From positions 1 to 43,329 of IMG/VR virus record IMGVR_UViG_3300016471_000283: 43,329 nt of DNA, one strand, 5' to 3'. The position numbers and the translations under genes are program-made. The notes beneath the pieces are model-generated. The model searched no databases. It was given only the letters and a program-made list of their open reading frames with translations, and had not been told where the DNA came from. This document shows, piece after piece, positions 1 through 11,600 of the stretch (positions are counted from its first letter, which is position 1; every line of letters begins with the position of its first letter). The stretch comes from a virus (lineage: Duplodnaviria; Caudoviricetes).

Positions 1-2
1 TA

Positions 3-326
3 AATTCGGAAATAAGTTTGCTTGCGGCCGCTAGAAAAACAGATTTAAATTCTATTGAGTCAACAACAAATCAAGAGATAAAAATTGTAAGCGTTGATCC
101 ACCAAAACCAAAATCATTATTATTGGAACAACAAAGTCAAAATGTAATATTTTCCCCGATACGCGGTAATATAGAGTTAAAAGTTGTTACTGAAGATGGA
201 ACAAAAACAGATCTTACAAACCAAATTGTAAACAGTGTTGAGTTCCAACGGCAGGTTGTTCGATTGATACAAGAAAAAATGCAAGCACCACAATACAACA
301 ATGTTCCAAATTTGACACAGGTTTGA
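3..326 (+). CDS. C-terminal fragment of an upstream gene (hypothetical, probably structural)
   Basis: The frame is open from the window edge (aat tcg gaa ata agt ttg...) to TGA at 324-326, so the TTG start at 18 in the track is probably not the true start. Confidence 0.6.
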   Translation, partial: NSEISLLAAARKTDLNSIESTTNQEIKIVSVDPPKPKSLLLEQQSQNVIFSPIRGNIELKVVTEDGTKTDLTNQIVNSVEFQRQVVRLIQEKMQAPQYNNVPNLTQV

Positions 327-348
327 TGTGAAAAAAAACTAAGGCAAG

Positions 349-356
349 TATTTATA
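349..356 (+). promoter_or_regulatory. TATTTATA upstream motif (putative phage promoter), followed by TATAAATA at 362-369
   Basis: Same TATTTAT motif precedes seven gene starts in the window; TATAAATA is the T4 late promoter consensus. Confidence 0.5.
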
Positions 357-368
357 GAATGTATAAAT

Positions 369-3300
369 ATGCCATCAAATCTAACTTTTGCCGCAACATC
401 TGTACTTCGGAATAGTTTAATCGGCCGAAATCTGAAACCATACACCAAGCCTGGTGTTTTTGTGTATTCAGTTTCTAATTCGACAAATCAATATGAACCA
501 AATCAATATTCGGTTGTTAATTCACCTGATAATTTGATTGACCAATCACCGTTTTCTGACGGTTTATATCTCGCAAACGAATATGGCCCAGATGGCGGGT
601 ATAACAAAGATATATCAGGATTAATAAATGTTTCACAGACTCAGACAAATAAAGGACAATACGGACCATTTCCGCCATATACAGAGACATTAAAATTGTT
701 TTCTAAAACGTTTCAACGAAAAAATCAAATAAAAAATGAATATTCGCCAAGAGGTGGGTTTATACGTTATTATGACATTGGCGATGTTGTTAAAGTACAA
801 AAAAACACAGTTTATTGGGACCCACCAAGTTTTAGACCCTCAGTATATTCACCGTACAGTGTATTACTTCAGGAATTACCAACAGGGTCAAACGGTACAA
901 TTCTTCAAGACTCGAAACTAGCACAGCTTGGAATTGAATTCTTAAAGAAAGGATATCAACAAAGAATAGAACAAAATATTATTACAGAGACAATTGGTCG
1001 TGTAAATATTTTAAACGGACTACAAAACCCTATTAATTTATCGTTAATTTTGGCCGGAAAAAGACCTATTATTTTTAGGGATTATAAAATAACATCTGGT
1101 GGCTCAAATATAATATCTCAAGGTCAAGACATTGTCCAACGAATTGCTGGGTTTACTTTACCAATATCACCAATTCCTGGTGATTATTTTACAATAGATG
1201 ACGAACAGAGAACAATAAACTCTACACAATCTTTAGAAAACGCAAATAGTACAGGGTTTTTAGGTGGGCTGTTTGGGTTATCTGGGAACAGACCAACATC
1301 ACCGTCTCAATTATTTTTAGATTATACAGGTGAAGGGCAAAGAGCACAACTTACAAATAGTTTAAACTATAATCGTTATAGACCTAAATATAATACTGGT
1401 GGGCGCGGTATATTTTCGGCACTCGGACAGGCAATTTTTGGTGCCACATCTCAAGACCTAGGACAAGGATTTTATTATGTGGGTAGTTCTTACAGAGAAC
1501 CAATTTATCTAAATTCTCCACCTGGAGAGATACCAATTAATGAGTTCGGTGAACAAATTTTAGCACCAGTTTATGGTTCTCAAATACTAAGCAACGAATA
1601 TGAGGGACAAGAACTTTCCGAACGGTTAAATTTTGGTTTGGTTGGAACAAATTATCAGAGTCAAGGAGATATTACTGGAGGCTTTACTTGGATTAATAGT
1701 AAGGTCACACCAAATGCGGGAAAAAGGGTAGGCCCCAAAGGAACTAGTTTATCTGAAGATCCTGACTATTCCGCAATATCAAATCAATTTGTTAATAGTG
1801 AGTCATCCAACGAACGATACCAATTCAGAGTTGGCTCTATTTTGGATGACACACAAAGATTGGTCGAATCTATGCCTCTTGGGGGCAATAGGTTTTCTCA
1901 TGTCGGAAATGCAATAAATCAAACAAGTAAAATTTTTAATGATGGTTATAAACAAATAACTAAAGGATCTAGAGTTACAAGTTTTACTCCAGGACAATTT
2001 AATGTTCCATTAGAATATTGTAGAGTTTTTACTAAAGATATTCCTTACATATCATATTCTGATTTACAAAAATCAGATGGTAATATCAGAAAAGCTTCAT
2101 ATTCAATTCTAGATAAAACATATCAATTAAATATTGCGCCTGAAAAGGGTGGAGACTCAATATTGCGAGGCGATGGTGGGGTAAAAAAATATATGTTTTC
2201 TATAGAAAATTTAGCTTGGAGAACTTCATCACGACCAGGGTTTAGATATCAAGACTTACCAAAATGTGAACAAGGGCCAAATGGTGGAAGAATTATGTGG
2301 TTTCCTCCATATGATTTAGATTTTAGTGAAGATACAAGACCATCATTTAATGAAACAACCTTCTTAGGACGGCCAGAACCAATTTATACCTATAAAAACA
2401 CATCAAGAACTGGAACTTTAAAATGGAAAATACTTGTAGATCATCCATCTATATTAAATCTAGTGACTCAAAAAGTTTTAGCAAATGAGGGGTCAAAAAA
2501 AATTGCAGATCAAGTAATTAACTCGTTCTTTGCTGGTTGCAAAAAATATGATTTATATGAATTAGCATCAATATACAATAATGTTTCACTTTCTGATCTA
2601 CAAGCTTGGCAAGAAATCGTTAATAACCCAAATGCAACACAAGAACAATATCAAGACACTATTAATAACATAAAATCTGACCCAGAAAGCGTAAATATCC
2701 AGACCACTCAAAGTCAAACAGCAACACCATCGTTTAATGAATATGTAAATTTTGGTTTTTATTATGAACATGACATACCAAAACAACAACGACAAGAATT
2801 TCAACCATTGTATGACACTTATGTGTCACAAGCCAATAAAGACAACTATAATGTAAATACGAGACCAAGAACTCAAGCACAACCAGTACAAGATTTTTTT
2901 ACTCAAGTTGTTGAGGGAAATCATAATAAAATAAAAGAGTTTTGTAAAAAATTATATGACTTTTTATCTGAAGATTCAACAGCCACTGTTAAAATCACTC
3001 TTTTCTCTGCGGCGTCATCTCCAGGACTTGAATCATACAATTTACCACTTTCACAGAGACGTAACGAATCCGCGTTAATTTTTTTTCAAAATTATTTAAT
3101 TGATGGTAATAAAACACTTTCAGAATATATTGGTACTAGACTTATAATAAATGGTGTTGCTCGAGGTGAAACTACAGTTGTAAACCCAAAAACTAGTGAT
3201 GGTACTTGTCTAAGTAGTGTCGATTGTTCTCAAACACTTACCGGACTTACACAAATTTATTCAATTAGTGCCATGGCATGTAGAGTTTCTAACATACAAA

Positions 3301-5294
3301 GTATTACTGTAACAACTACACCAATAAATCCAGAACCTACAAATACAGATTCAAATATTGTTTTAACTCAAGATGGTAGAGAAAATCAAACATATGTTAA
3401 ACCAAAACCTAATGTAATCAGTCAACCTGCAAAAGATCTTTATAAAGGAGCTTCAAAAAAATTATTAAGACAATTACTTAATGAATGTGATTATTTTGAA
3501 GTTTTAAAAGAAACTGATTTTTTTGTATACGATTCAATTAAGAACAAACTTAAAAATTTTACACCATCATTTCATTCTGTAACACCTGAAGGATTAAATT
3601 CTAGGTTAACATTTTTACAACAATGTGCTAGACCTGGTGACACAATACCCACAATAGGCCCCGACGGAAAACCGATTGTAAATGATGCACTCAATACGTC
3701 ATTTGGGGCTCCACCAGTACTCGTTCTTAGAGTCGGTGATTTTTATAACACCAAAATAGTTCCAACTGGTTTTAATTTTGTATATGAAAAACTTTACGAT
3801 ATGAATCCTGAAGGAATAGGGTTTCAGCCAATGATAGTTAATGTAACAATGAGTTTCAATTTTTTGGGAGGATCTGGACTTGCAAAACCAATTGAATTAT
3901 TACAAAACGCTTTGTCTTTTAATTATTATGCAAATACAGAAATTTATGATGAAAGAGCAGAATCAACTGACACCTCTTTTAATACACTAGACCAACAAAT
4001 TATAGAAAAAATTCAAAATAAACTACCAACAGTCGGAGTGTCAAACACAAATCAACAATTACAAAACTTGGGAGGAGACACAATTGGTGTGTTATCTCAA
4101 ACAGGTTCAAACCTCTCTGGTATTACTGGTAATATTGATTATACAAATTTTGTGGCACAATTTGTCACATATACACAAACATATTTTACAATAACTATTA
4201 GTTTTTACGAGAAAATATTAAAAAAATATGGATACGGTGTTCTCACTCTTTTAAATACCAAATATTTAGGTAATTTAGGATATCAAAAAGGGGTTTTAAT
4301 TAGAGATCCAGTTTACCTATATGGTAAGCCTTTACTTTATCAATTAAATGTTGACAAGATATTTGAAATTTTATCGGTTTACAATGAAGGTCAAAATTTA
4401 AATATTTTTACTGAGGCCACAGTTGGAACTAGTGGTACTACGTACGGCCCCGGCTTGATGAGCAATCAAGCGGTTACACAAGCACAAAGAGATCTGTTTA
4501 AAGGAAATTATCAAAGATTTTTAGACACATATAGAACAAATTTTATTAATGATTTAACAGATTGGGTCTCACAGTTAGTACAGTTTGAACAAAATTATGT
4601 TTTTGAAATTGATAAAGCAACTTTTCTAGGAAAAAATTTATCTGACGGAAAAATTAATTCAAAAGGAAGTCCTGTAATTTACAATTTTATTGGTGATACA
4701 ACACAACAGACTAAACTTATTAATGACTTACAAACAATATCTGCCGATCTTAATTATTTTATAAATTCACTACATGACGGAAAGTTATACAATGAATTGT
4801 ATTTTCAGTCTGATTTAGAAAAACCTTTAAATGACCCATATTCGTCTTTCATATATTACACGGCCAACGTTTTTGGTTCATCGGCCGCACTTTTAAGTTC
4901 GGCACAACAAGCAGAATATCTAATTCTTTGTAAAATATACACAGATCAAACTTCTCTTTCTAATTTTTTAAGAGAACTTTCTGAAGGATTGTCACCATAT
5001 GTTAGAGATATTGTTTATCGTTACTATGGAACTTTTTTAAAAAACACTTATGATGAATTAACTAGATCTGGTATTGAACTTTTAAACACATACAAACAAA
5101 CAATAGGAAGTGGGTTTGTAAATTTTACACCAACATTTCAACCAAATATGGGGCCTCAAATACAAAGAACAATTAATTTCCAAGAAAATTTTTTTCCAAG
5201 CAATTCACAAAAAACAGAATTAGTTAATTTATATTCGCCAAATAACATCGATCAAAATCCAATAACATTTAATTTAAAAAAGAAATTTAACTAA
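369..5294 (+). CDS. Giant baseplate/tail-tube-initiator-like virion protein (gp48/gp54/CIS-tube type fold) with an internal OmpA-like domain
   Basis: 1641 aa. Motifs RIMWFPPYDLDFSEDTRPSFNETTFLGRPEPIYTYKNTSRTGTLKWKILVD and FGAPPVLVLRVGDFYNTKIV...QPMIVNVTMSFNFLG resemble tube-initiator proteins; lies directly upstream of LysM/gp53-like and hub-like genes. Confidence 0.6.
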   Translation: MPSNLTFAATSVLRNSLIGRNLKPYTKPGVFVYSVSNSTNQYEPNQYSVVNSPDNLIDQSPFSDGLYLANEYGPDGGYNKDISGLINVSQTQTNKGQYGPFPPYTETLKLFSKTFQRKNQIKNEYSPRGGFIRYYDIGDVVKVQKNTVYWDPPSFRPSVYSPYSVLLQELPTGSNGTILQDSKLAQLGIEFLKKGYQQRIEQNIITETIGRVNILNGLQNPINLSLILAGKRPIIFRDYKITSGGSNIISQGQDIVQRIAGFTLPISPIPGDYFTIDDEQRTINSTQSLENANSTGFLGGLFGLSGNRPTSPSQLFLDYTGEGQRAQLTNSLNYNRYRPKYNTGGRGIFSALGQAIFGATSQDLGQGFYYVGSSYREPIYLNSPPGEIPINEFGEQILAPVYGSQILSNEYEGQELSERLNFGLVGTNYQSQGDITGGFTWINSKVTPNAGKRVGPKGTSLSEDPDYSAISNQFVNSESSNERYQFRVGSILDDTQRLVESMPLGGNRFSHVGNAINQTSKIFNDGYKQITKGSRVTSFTPGQFNVPLEYCRVFTKDIPYISYSDLQKSDGNIRKASYSILDKTYQLNIAPEKGGDSILRGDGGVKKYMFSIENLAWRTSSRPGFRYQDLPKCEQGPNGGRIMWFPPYDLDFSEDTRPSFNETTFLGRPEPIYTYKNTSRTGTLKWKILVDHPSILNLVTQKVLANEGSKKIADQVINSFFAGCKKYDLYELASIYNNVSLSDLQAWQEIVNNPNATQEQYQDTINNIKSDPESVNIQTTQSQTATPSFNEYVNFGFYYEHDIPKQQRQEFQPLYDTYVSQANKDNYNVNTRPRTQAQPVQDFFTQVVEGNHNKIKEFCKKLYDFLSEDSTATVKITLFSAASSPGLESYNLPLSQRRNESALIFFQNYLIDGNKTLSEYIGTRLIINGVARGETTVVNPKTSDGTCLSSVDCSQTLTGLTQIYSISAMACRVSNIQSITVTTTPINPEPTNTDSNIVLTQDGRENQTYVKPKPNVISQPAKDLYKGASKKLLRQLLNECDYFEVLKETDFFVYDSIKNKLKNFTPSFHSVTPEGLNSRLTFLQQCARPGDTIPTIGPDGKPIVNDALNTSFGAPPVLVLRVGDFYNTKIVPTGFNFVYEKLYDMNPEGIGFQPMIVNVTMSFNFLGGSGLAKPIELLQNALSFNYYANTEIYDERAESTDTSFNTLDQQIIEKIQNKLPTVGVSNTNQQLQNLGGDTIGVLSQTGSNLSGITGNIDYTNFVAQFVTYTQTYFTITISFYEKILKKYGYGVLTLLNTKYLGNLGYQKGVLIRDPVYLYGKPLLYQLNVDKIFEILSVYNEGQNLNIFTEATVGTSGTTYGPGLMSNQAVTQAQRDLFKGNYQRFLDTYRTNFINDLTDWVSQLVQFEQNYVFEIDKATFLGKNLSDGKINSKGSPVIYNFIGDTTQQTKLINDLQTISADLNYFINSLHDGKLYNELYFQSDLEKPLNDPYSSFIYYTANVFGSSAALLSSAQQAEYLILCKIYTDQTSLSNFLRELSEGLSPYVRDIVYRYYGTFLKNTYDELTRSGIELLNTYKQTIGSGFVNFTPTFQPNMGPQIQRTINFQENFFPSNSQKTELVNLYSPNNIDQNPITFNLKKKFN

Positions 5295-5614
5295 TGGATC
5301 AATATTATAATCGTTATCAAGAATTTTTAATTAATGGTCAACAAACTGTTGTACCATATGTTTCACTTCCATCAAAAGGAACGGATCAAAGATTTATTTA
5401 CAAAGCGTCAGTAAGTAGACTCGACAAAGTTTCACAACAATACTATGACTCACCCTTTTTTGGTTGGCTGATACTTCAAGGTAATCCCCAATTTGGCGGG
5501 CTAGAGTGGAATATACCAGACAATTCAATTATACGTATTCCATTTCCCCTAATAACGTCATTACAAGATTACAAAAATGCGTTAAATAATCATTTTTTAT
5601 ATTATGGCAGATAA
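5294..5614 (+). CDS. Baseplate LysM-like protein (T4 gp53 / P2 gpX type)
   Basis: RLDKVSQQYYDSPFFGWLILQGNP...IPDNSIIRIP matches the gp53/tail-X pattern; TAATG coupling with the upstream gene. Confidence 0.75.
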   Translation: MDQYYNRYQEFLINGQQTVVPYVSLPSKGTDQRFIYKASVSRLDKVSQQYYDSPFFGWLILQGNPQFGGLEWNIPDNSIIRIPFPLITSLQDYKNALNNHFLYYGR

Positions 5615-8600
5615 TTTTTCTAGAACAAATGAAGATGTTTTTGTTGTAAAAGACGTTGATAATATTATCATTGTTGATCCAAATAAAACAATATCTAAGG
5701 ATGGGGTAGTAAGTGAAAGAGGTATTAATCAAGAAAATTTTGTTATGTATGTGAACTTGGAGGCACAAATGTTACCGAGAACTAAGTTAGTTCAAGGACA
5801 AGATCTAGAAAATACAATACAAACTCAAACTTTAGCGTCTATAAATTTTTTAAGACCAGGAGGAAAAACTTTTTTAGACAACACATATGTTGATCAATTT
5901 ACTGGACTGAACACATTAGATGGTAGAGGAATTAATCAACAAAGTGTTGATCAATTTAATAAACCCGATAAGAGTGATGAGTTTTATTTTAAACAAAATA
6001 CACAAAATACACAAGATACTGGACTTTTAGGTATTGAGTCAATTGTCATTAAGAATACTAGATCATTTACGCCAACAGTTGATATGGTTCTTATAGATAG
6101 TATGGGCAGAGCTCTGTTTGAAAAAGGAGAACAATCTGAATATGCGTTTTTTTTCAATCTTCCATACCCTACGTTTTATTTAACCATTAAAGGATATTAT
6201 GGTAAAGCAATTAAATATCAACTTATTCTTACAAAATTTTCAGCGGCTTTTGAGTCAGCAACAGGAAACTATAGAATAAATTTACAATTTTACTCTTATA
6301 AATATACAGTGCTTGCGGAAACACAAATTGGTGCTTTGTTTGCAACACCATTTATGTATACAAATGATTTTAAGATATCTCAGGAAATACCACCAGCGAT
6401 AGCGGCCGCTCAGATTTCGGTTGGGGGTGACAAGACAAATGTAAAAAACGTAAGAACAACCAAAGGAAGACAAATTATATCTGATGTTTATAAAAAGTAC
6501 AAAGCTCTTGGTTTGGTTGATGAAAATTTTCCAGAAGTTACTTTTCCAGAATTAAGAGCACAATTACTTTCATTACAAAAAAACTTAGAATCGTCTTTTG
6601 GTCAAACAGACTTTTCGCCTCTCACGGATTGTGAAGAATATTTTAGTGTTTTGGAAGACTATAGGAGATCAATTACAGATGTTACAGACTCATCAAGTTG
6701 GTTTAGAAAATTTATAGATGAAAAAAAAATATTTGTTCTTAAATCAGAAAATGGTGCGCCTCAAAAACAAGCATATATTTTTAACCAAACAATTAGGTCG
6801 GATAGTCAATCGGCAGAAAACGCTCTTGGCGAGTTAGAAAGAATTGTAACTGAATATGAATCCGCTTTAGCAAAAAATAAAACGTTAGGTTTAGGCGGCA
6901 ATTATAAAATTGGAAATAACGCTCCAACACCAAGTGAAATTAAAGTAATTCAAGAAGTAGACGCGAGAAAAAGTAATGACAAAACAATAGTAAAACCAAA
7001 CAGTTTTGTGGCGCCAACAACACCAGATGGAATTGATTGGGCGGCAACTTTTGAACTAAGAAATAAAAGAAAACCTACAAATGATCTAGAAGTAACCTCA
7101 TTACAGGCAGAAGAACAACAATTTTTTTATACAATATTAGACAATTTAGAAGAAAAGGTAACTTATCCGACATATTGTTTTATTTTTGATGGGCCAGGAC
7201 GATATGAAGATATAATAAATAAATCTTTTGAAGAATTAGATCAGAAAAAAACACAGATTATTGAAAAAATGACTGAGTTTTTATCAAAAAAAATAGAAGG
7301 AACAAACGGTCTTGGGTTTAAACCCACAATGAGAAATGTAATGGCAATTATATTTGCATCAGTTGAAGCTTTTTATAGACTACTCAATTTAGTACATAGA
7401 GAGGCCTGGTCTCAAAGAGATAACACGATTAGAAAATTGGCATGTTACAATGATCAAGTTTCTCCTGATATCAAACAAAATACAAGAGATGTTAATCAAA
7501 ATAGTCAACTTAATCAAATAGTTTATCCTTGGCCATTATATTTAAAACAAGAAGTAGATAAAAGTGGAATAACAAGATATGTGACAATGTATCCTGGTGA
7601 ACAATCTGAAATTTCTAAAACAAGAGCGACCGATTATCAAATTTGGCCAGAAGTACAATTTGTTGAAGAATATATTAGAGGGCTAGCAAAAAGTAATCAA
7701 AGTGAATCTCAACAATCTGGTAATCTAGCCGAAAATGACGTAGGTAGATTGATCAATAGAATTAGTGTTAATGCTATAGACTTTCCAACAACAAATAAAA
7801 TTTTTGCTGATTTACAAGATGTAAAATTTCTTTATGAAATTTATGAAAGAGTTTATTTACAGACATATTGGGATAGACTGTCAAGACCAACAGCACAAAA
7901 CCTAGACGTAATGGACAGTCTTTCACAAATGGAGCTAATAAATATTAGAAAAGCCCTTAATACTTTTGGAAACCCAGGTTTAATAAAAATTCTAAAAAAC
8001 ACAGCGTTTCGAGCGTCTAATTACCTTCAAGTACTTAGAAATATTTCAAATGAAGGAGTTGGTATTTCTTGGCAACAATTTATACGTGGTATATTTACGG
8101 CAGACTATTTGAGAGCTGAAACACAAAAAGACTTTTCAATTTTACCTTCTACGTCAATAAGTTCGGGAGCGCAGTTTTCAAGTGAAGACTCAACAACGCT
8201 AAACAAAGTAGAACAATACGTCAAAAATATTTCATCAGCGTCTCTAGACTTTTTAGATCTATACCCCTTTGTAGACCCTACATGGGTGAGCAATAATCTA
8301 GATAATATTTCAAATCAAACATTAGGGTATAATAATACGACTAAAAGTTTATTTTTGAATTCAAGTTTAAATTTTATAACAAATTTTGAAAAGACGGCGA
8401 ATGTTGATTTAAATAATAATAGACCATTTGTTAATAATTCTTATTTAAGTTATACTCAACCTGAGATCAATTTAGTTTCAAATAGTCAACAAACAAGCCC
8501 TAATACTTCATTTGGATTTAACAAATATTATACTGATAAAATTGAAAAAAATAATTTTTTAATAACTGAAGGTGTTATTTTATACAACGGTAATACAGGA

Positions 8601-11600
8601 CTTTTAACGTCAAATCAAACGGTATCTATGTTTAATACTCCTTTTTTTATTAACTCTTTTATAGAGGGAGTAAAAAATGACAGAGAAGATTCTAAATATC
8701 CATATTTAAAAGCCGCATATCTTTTTATAAATAGCCTACCTTTATCAACATTACGAGAATCATTAAAAAATATAATAGACCCAAAAGATAATTCAAAAAA
8801 TCCAAGTAACGATTATTTATATGCTACTTTAACAAAATTCGGAGCTGTTCATAGATTACCGTATGCTTGGATTATAAAATACGGATCAATTTGGCATAGA
8901 TATAAAAAATATATTGAAACTGGTGAGGACATACTAGACTCTGTTTGGACTAGTGTTGATATTAATAAAATTTATAATCCAATAGCAAATAGTTTACAAC
9001 ATAATTATAGAACCAAGAATTTATTAGGAGATGATATTAGTTTATATGGTCAAACTATTGTTACAACAACAAACACAACAGATGCTATTAAAAGAAAATA
9101 TGTTGGTTTTTATCCAGGTTTAATCAATGATGTTTTATTTTTTTTCACAGGTCAAAATTATTTTTCCGATTATAGTGATAGTAATTTAGACAAGGTGGTT
9201 ACTGAGGGTTTAAATATCGGACTTTCGAAAGCAACAATGAGGTTACCAATAGGATATTCTTTAACACTCGACAATATTAATAAGTCTTTGGATTTTGCAG
9301 GATGGTATACGGCGTTTGATGTTAGAGATTCTGCAAAATTCAATTCAAATGCTAGAGGAAAAACAATTATTTTACCAAGTTTTGGCACTAATTTGAATCA
9401 AGTACAATTTGAATGTTTTGGACTTTTAGGGAGCAGTTTGATACAAACACAAGAAATTTTTGATAATAGAGCCGTTAATGACGGGTCAATTAGATTTTTT
9501 TGGGGGGCGCCTAATTTTGGCTATTTTGATTTAAGTAGTATTACAAAACCAAAATACAATGAATATTTTAATAATATATCACCAAACGAAATTAATTCTA
9601 AATCATTTAATTTAAGAAGCGCCTACTCCAACATCGAAGAACTTTTTGGTGTTTTTAAGACTGAAATTTTGGATTCCTTTGAATTAGAATTTTTAAAATT
9701 TAGTAGATCTTCAAGACAATTAGATGAAACAGATTTAGCCGACACTAATTTAGCAAATAGAACATTTCAACAAATTTTTGCAAATTGTTTAATTGTTGAA
9801 CAAACTGGATTATCAAATAACATATCAGGTACAACTCAAACGGACTATTTGGATTTATTAAGTAATGAACAAGGTAGATCAATTACACAGGCTTTACAAA
9901 AATTTTTAAACTATAATTTGGCTTTTAGGTATGGGAATCCAGGAAACTATGATCGTAGACTGTTTGGTAGTTTTACAACCAATCAAAGAAATAAAGTTTT
10001 TGACGAGTATAAATTTGAGCCTTATGTTCTAGGCACTTTACCAGGAGATGGAGTTAATTTTGATTTTAGCCTTTCTTATTTACAAAACACAGAGGCGTGG
10101 AAAACTTTATTATTATATGTTGGATTTGCAACTAATTCAAATTTAGAATACACCAATGATGGTAGTTTTTTTACGGATTTTTTTATTACAATGAATATTA
10201 AGTTCAATTCTGAAAATATTATAACAGTTGCCCCACTTGTAAAACTTTTTGCAAAACAAAAATTATATGCAACAAACTACAATTATTCTAAGAACGATTT
10301 TATCAATGATGTAAATGAGTTTTTTACTTCGAAAGAAAATTTTTTAAACATAACCTTAAATTCTTTGTTCGATAAACTTCAAAAAGAGTTACCACAAGTA
10401 CAAGAGACAAATACCAAACCGCTTCTATCGGTAATAGATGGATTACCACCAAAATTAGATTTATGGGAGGCATTTAAATCTTTTAACGACAAATGGATTG
10501 CGGGGTCTAATTTTGATGAAAAAATATTATTTCAAGAAATTTTATTTTTAGATAGAGCAAATAGAGATGTTGGAGATGTTTTAATAGATCCTTTTAAACT
10601 TTTGAACTTTATAAATTCATATTCTAGTTTTAACACCAGAGTTATAGATTTTGTAAGTCAAATTTTAGTTGACAATAAATTTTTTATGATGCCAATACCC
10701 GCATACATAAATTGGTGGGGAGATGGCGAAGTACAAAATGGAATTGACCCTAAAGCACAATCAGTTAATGATGTTGCAAATAATTTATTTGGAATATATC
10801 AAAATGTTGATGTAAGATACTCTCAACCAGCCTTTTTATGTTATTATGTTGGAAACCCAAGTGAACATTTGAATTTAAAAACAAACCCAAATTATATGTG
10901 GGGTTCAGACAGTTTTCAACTAGATTCTGACCAAGTTCCATTATCTGTTCCGGCAACAAAAAAAACAGATTGGGCCAATTCTAATCGAGTAGTTGGTTTT
11001 AATGTAGATTTCGGTACACGAAACCAAAACATATTTAGCTCCATTCAATTGGATCAAATAATCGGTGCATCTACAAGTGAATCAAATAGGGTTATTACTG
11101 AAATGGCGGCACAGGCCGGTGGAGCCAGATCTACCTTAGGAAGTGTTAGTTTGTATAATTTGTATAAAACAAGAAGTTATAATGTTAGGGTTGAGGCGTT
11201 GGGATGTGCGCTACTCCAACCAACAATGTATTTTAATCTAAGAAACGTTCCAATGTTTGATGGATCATATCAAATTCAATCAGTCGAACATAGAATTGAG
11301 TCTGGGTCGTTTAAAACTTTTTTTGAGGGTATACGAATTCCATTTTATTCACTCCCACAAATTGATAAACAATTAATATCTATTAATAATAATGTTTTAG
11401 GTGAATTATTAGCATCAATAAGAAGGTTAAAACAAACTAGTGTTAATTCAACAGACGAAACAAACAACAATATTATAATAGCCGACTCAATTCAAGAAAA
11501 TGTAAAATATACAACAACGACACCTATTTTATGTAACAATAGTATTCGGTCAGGAGAAATTCCATATAGAGAATGGATTGGAGGAGAAGGGTTCACCACG

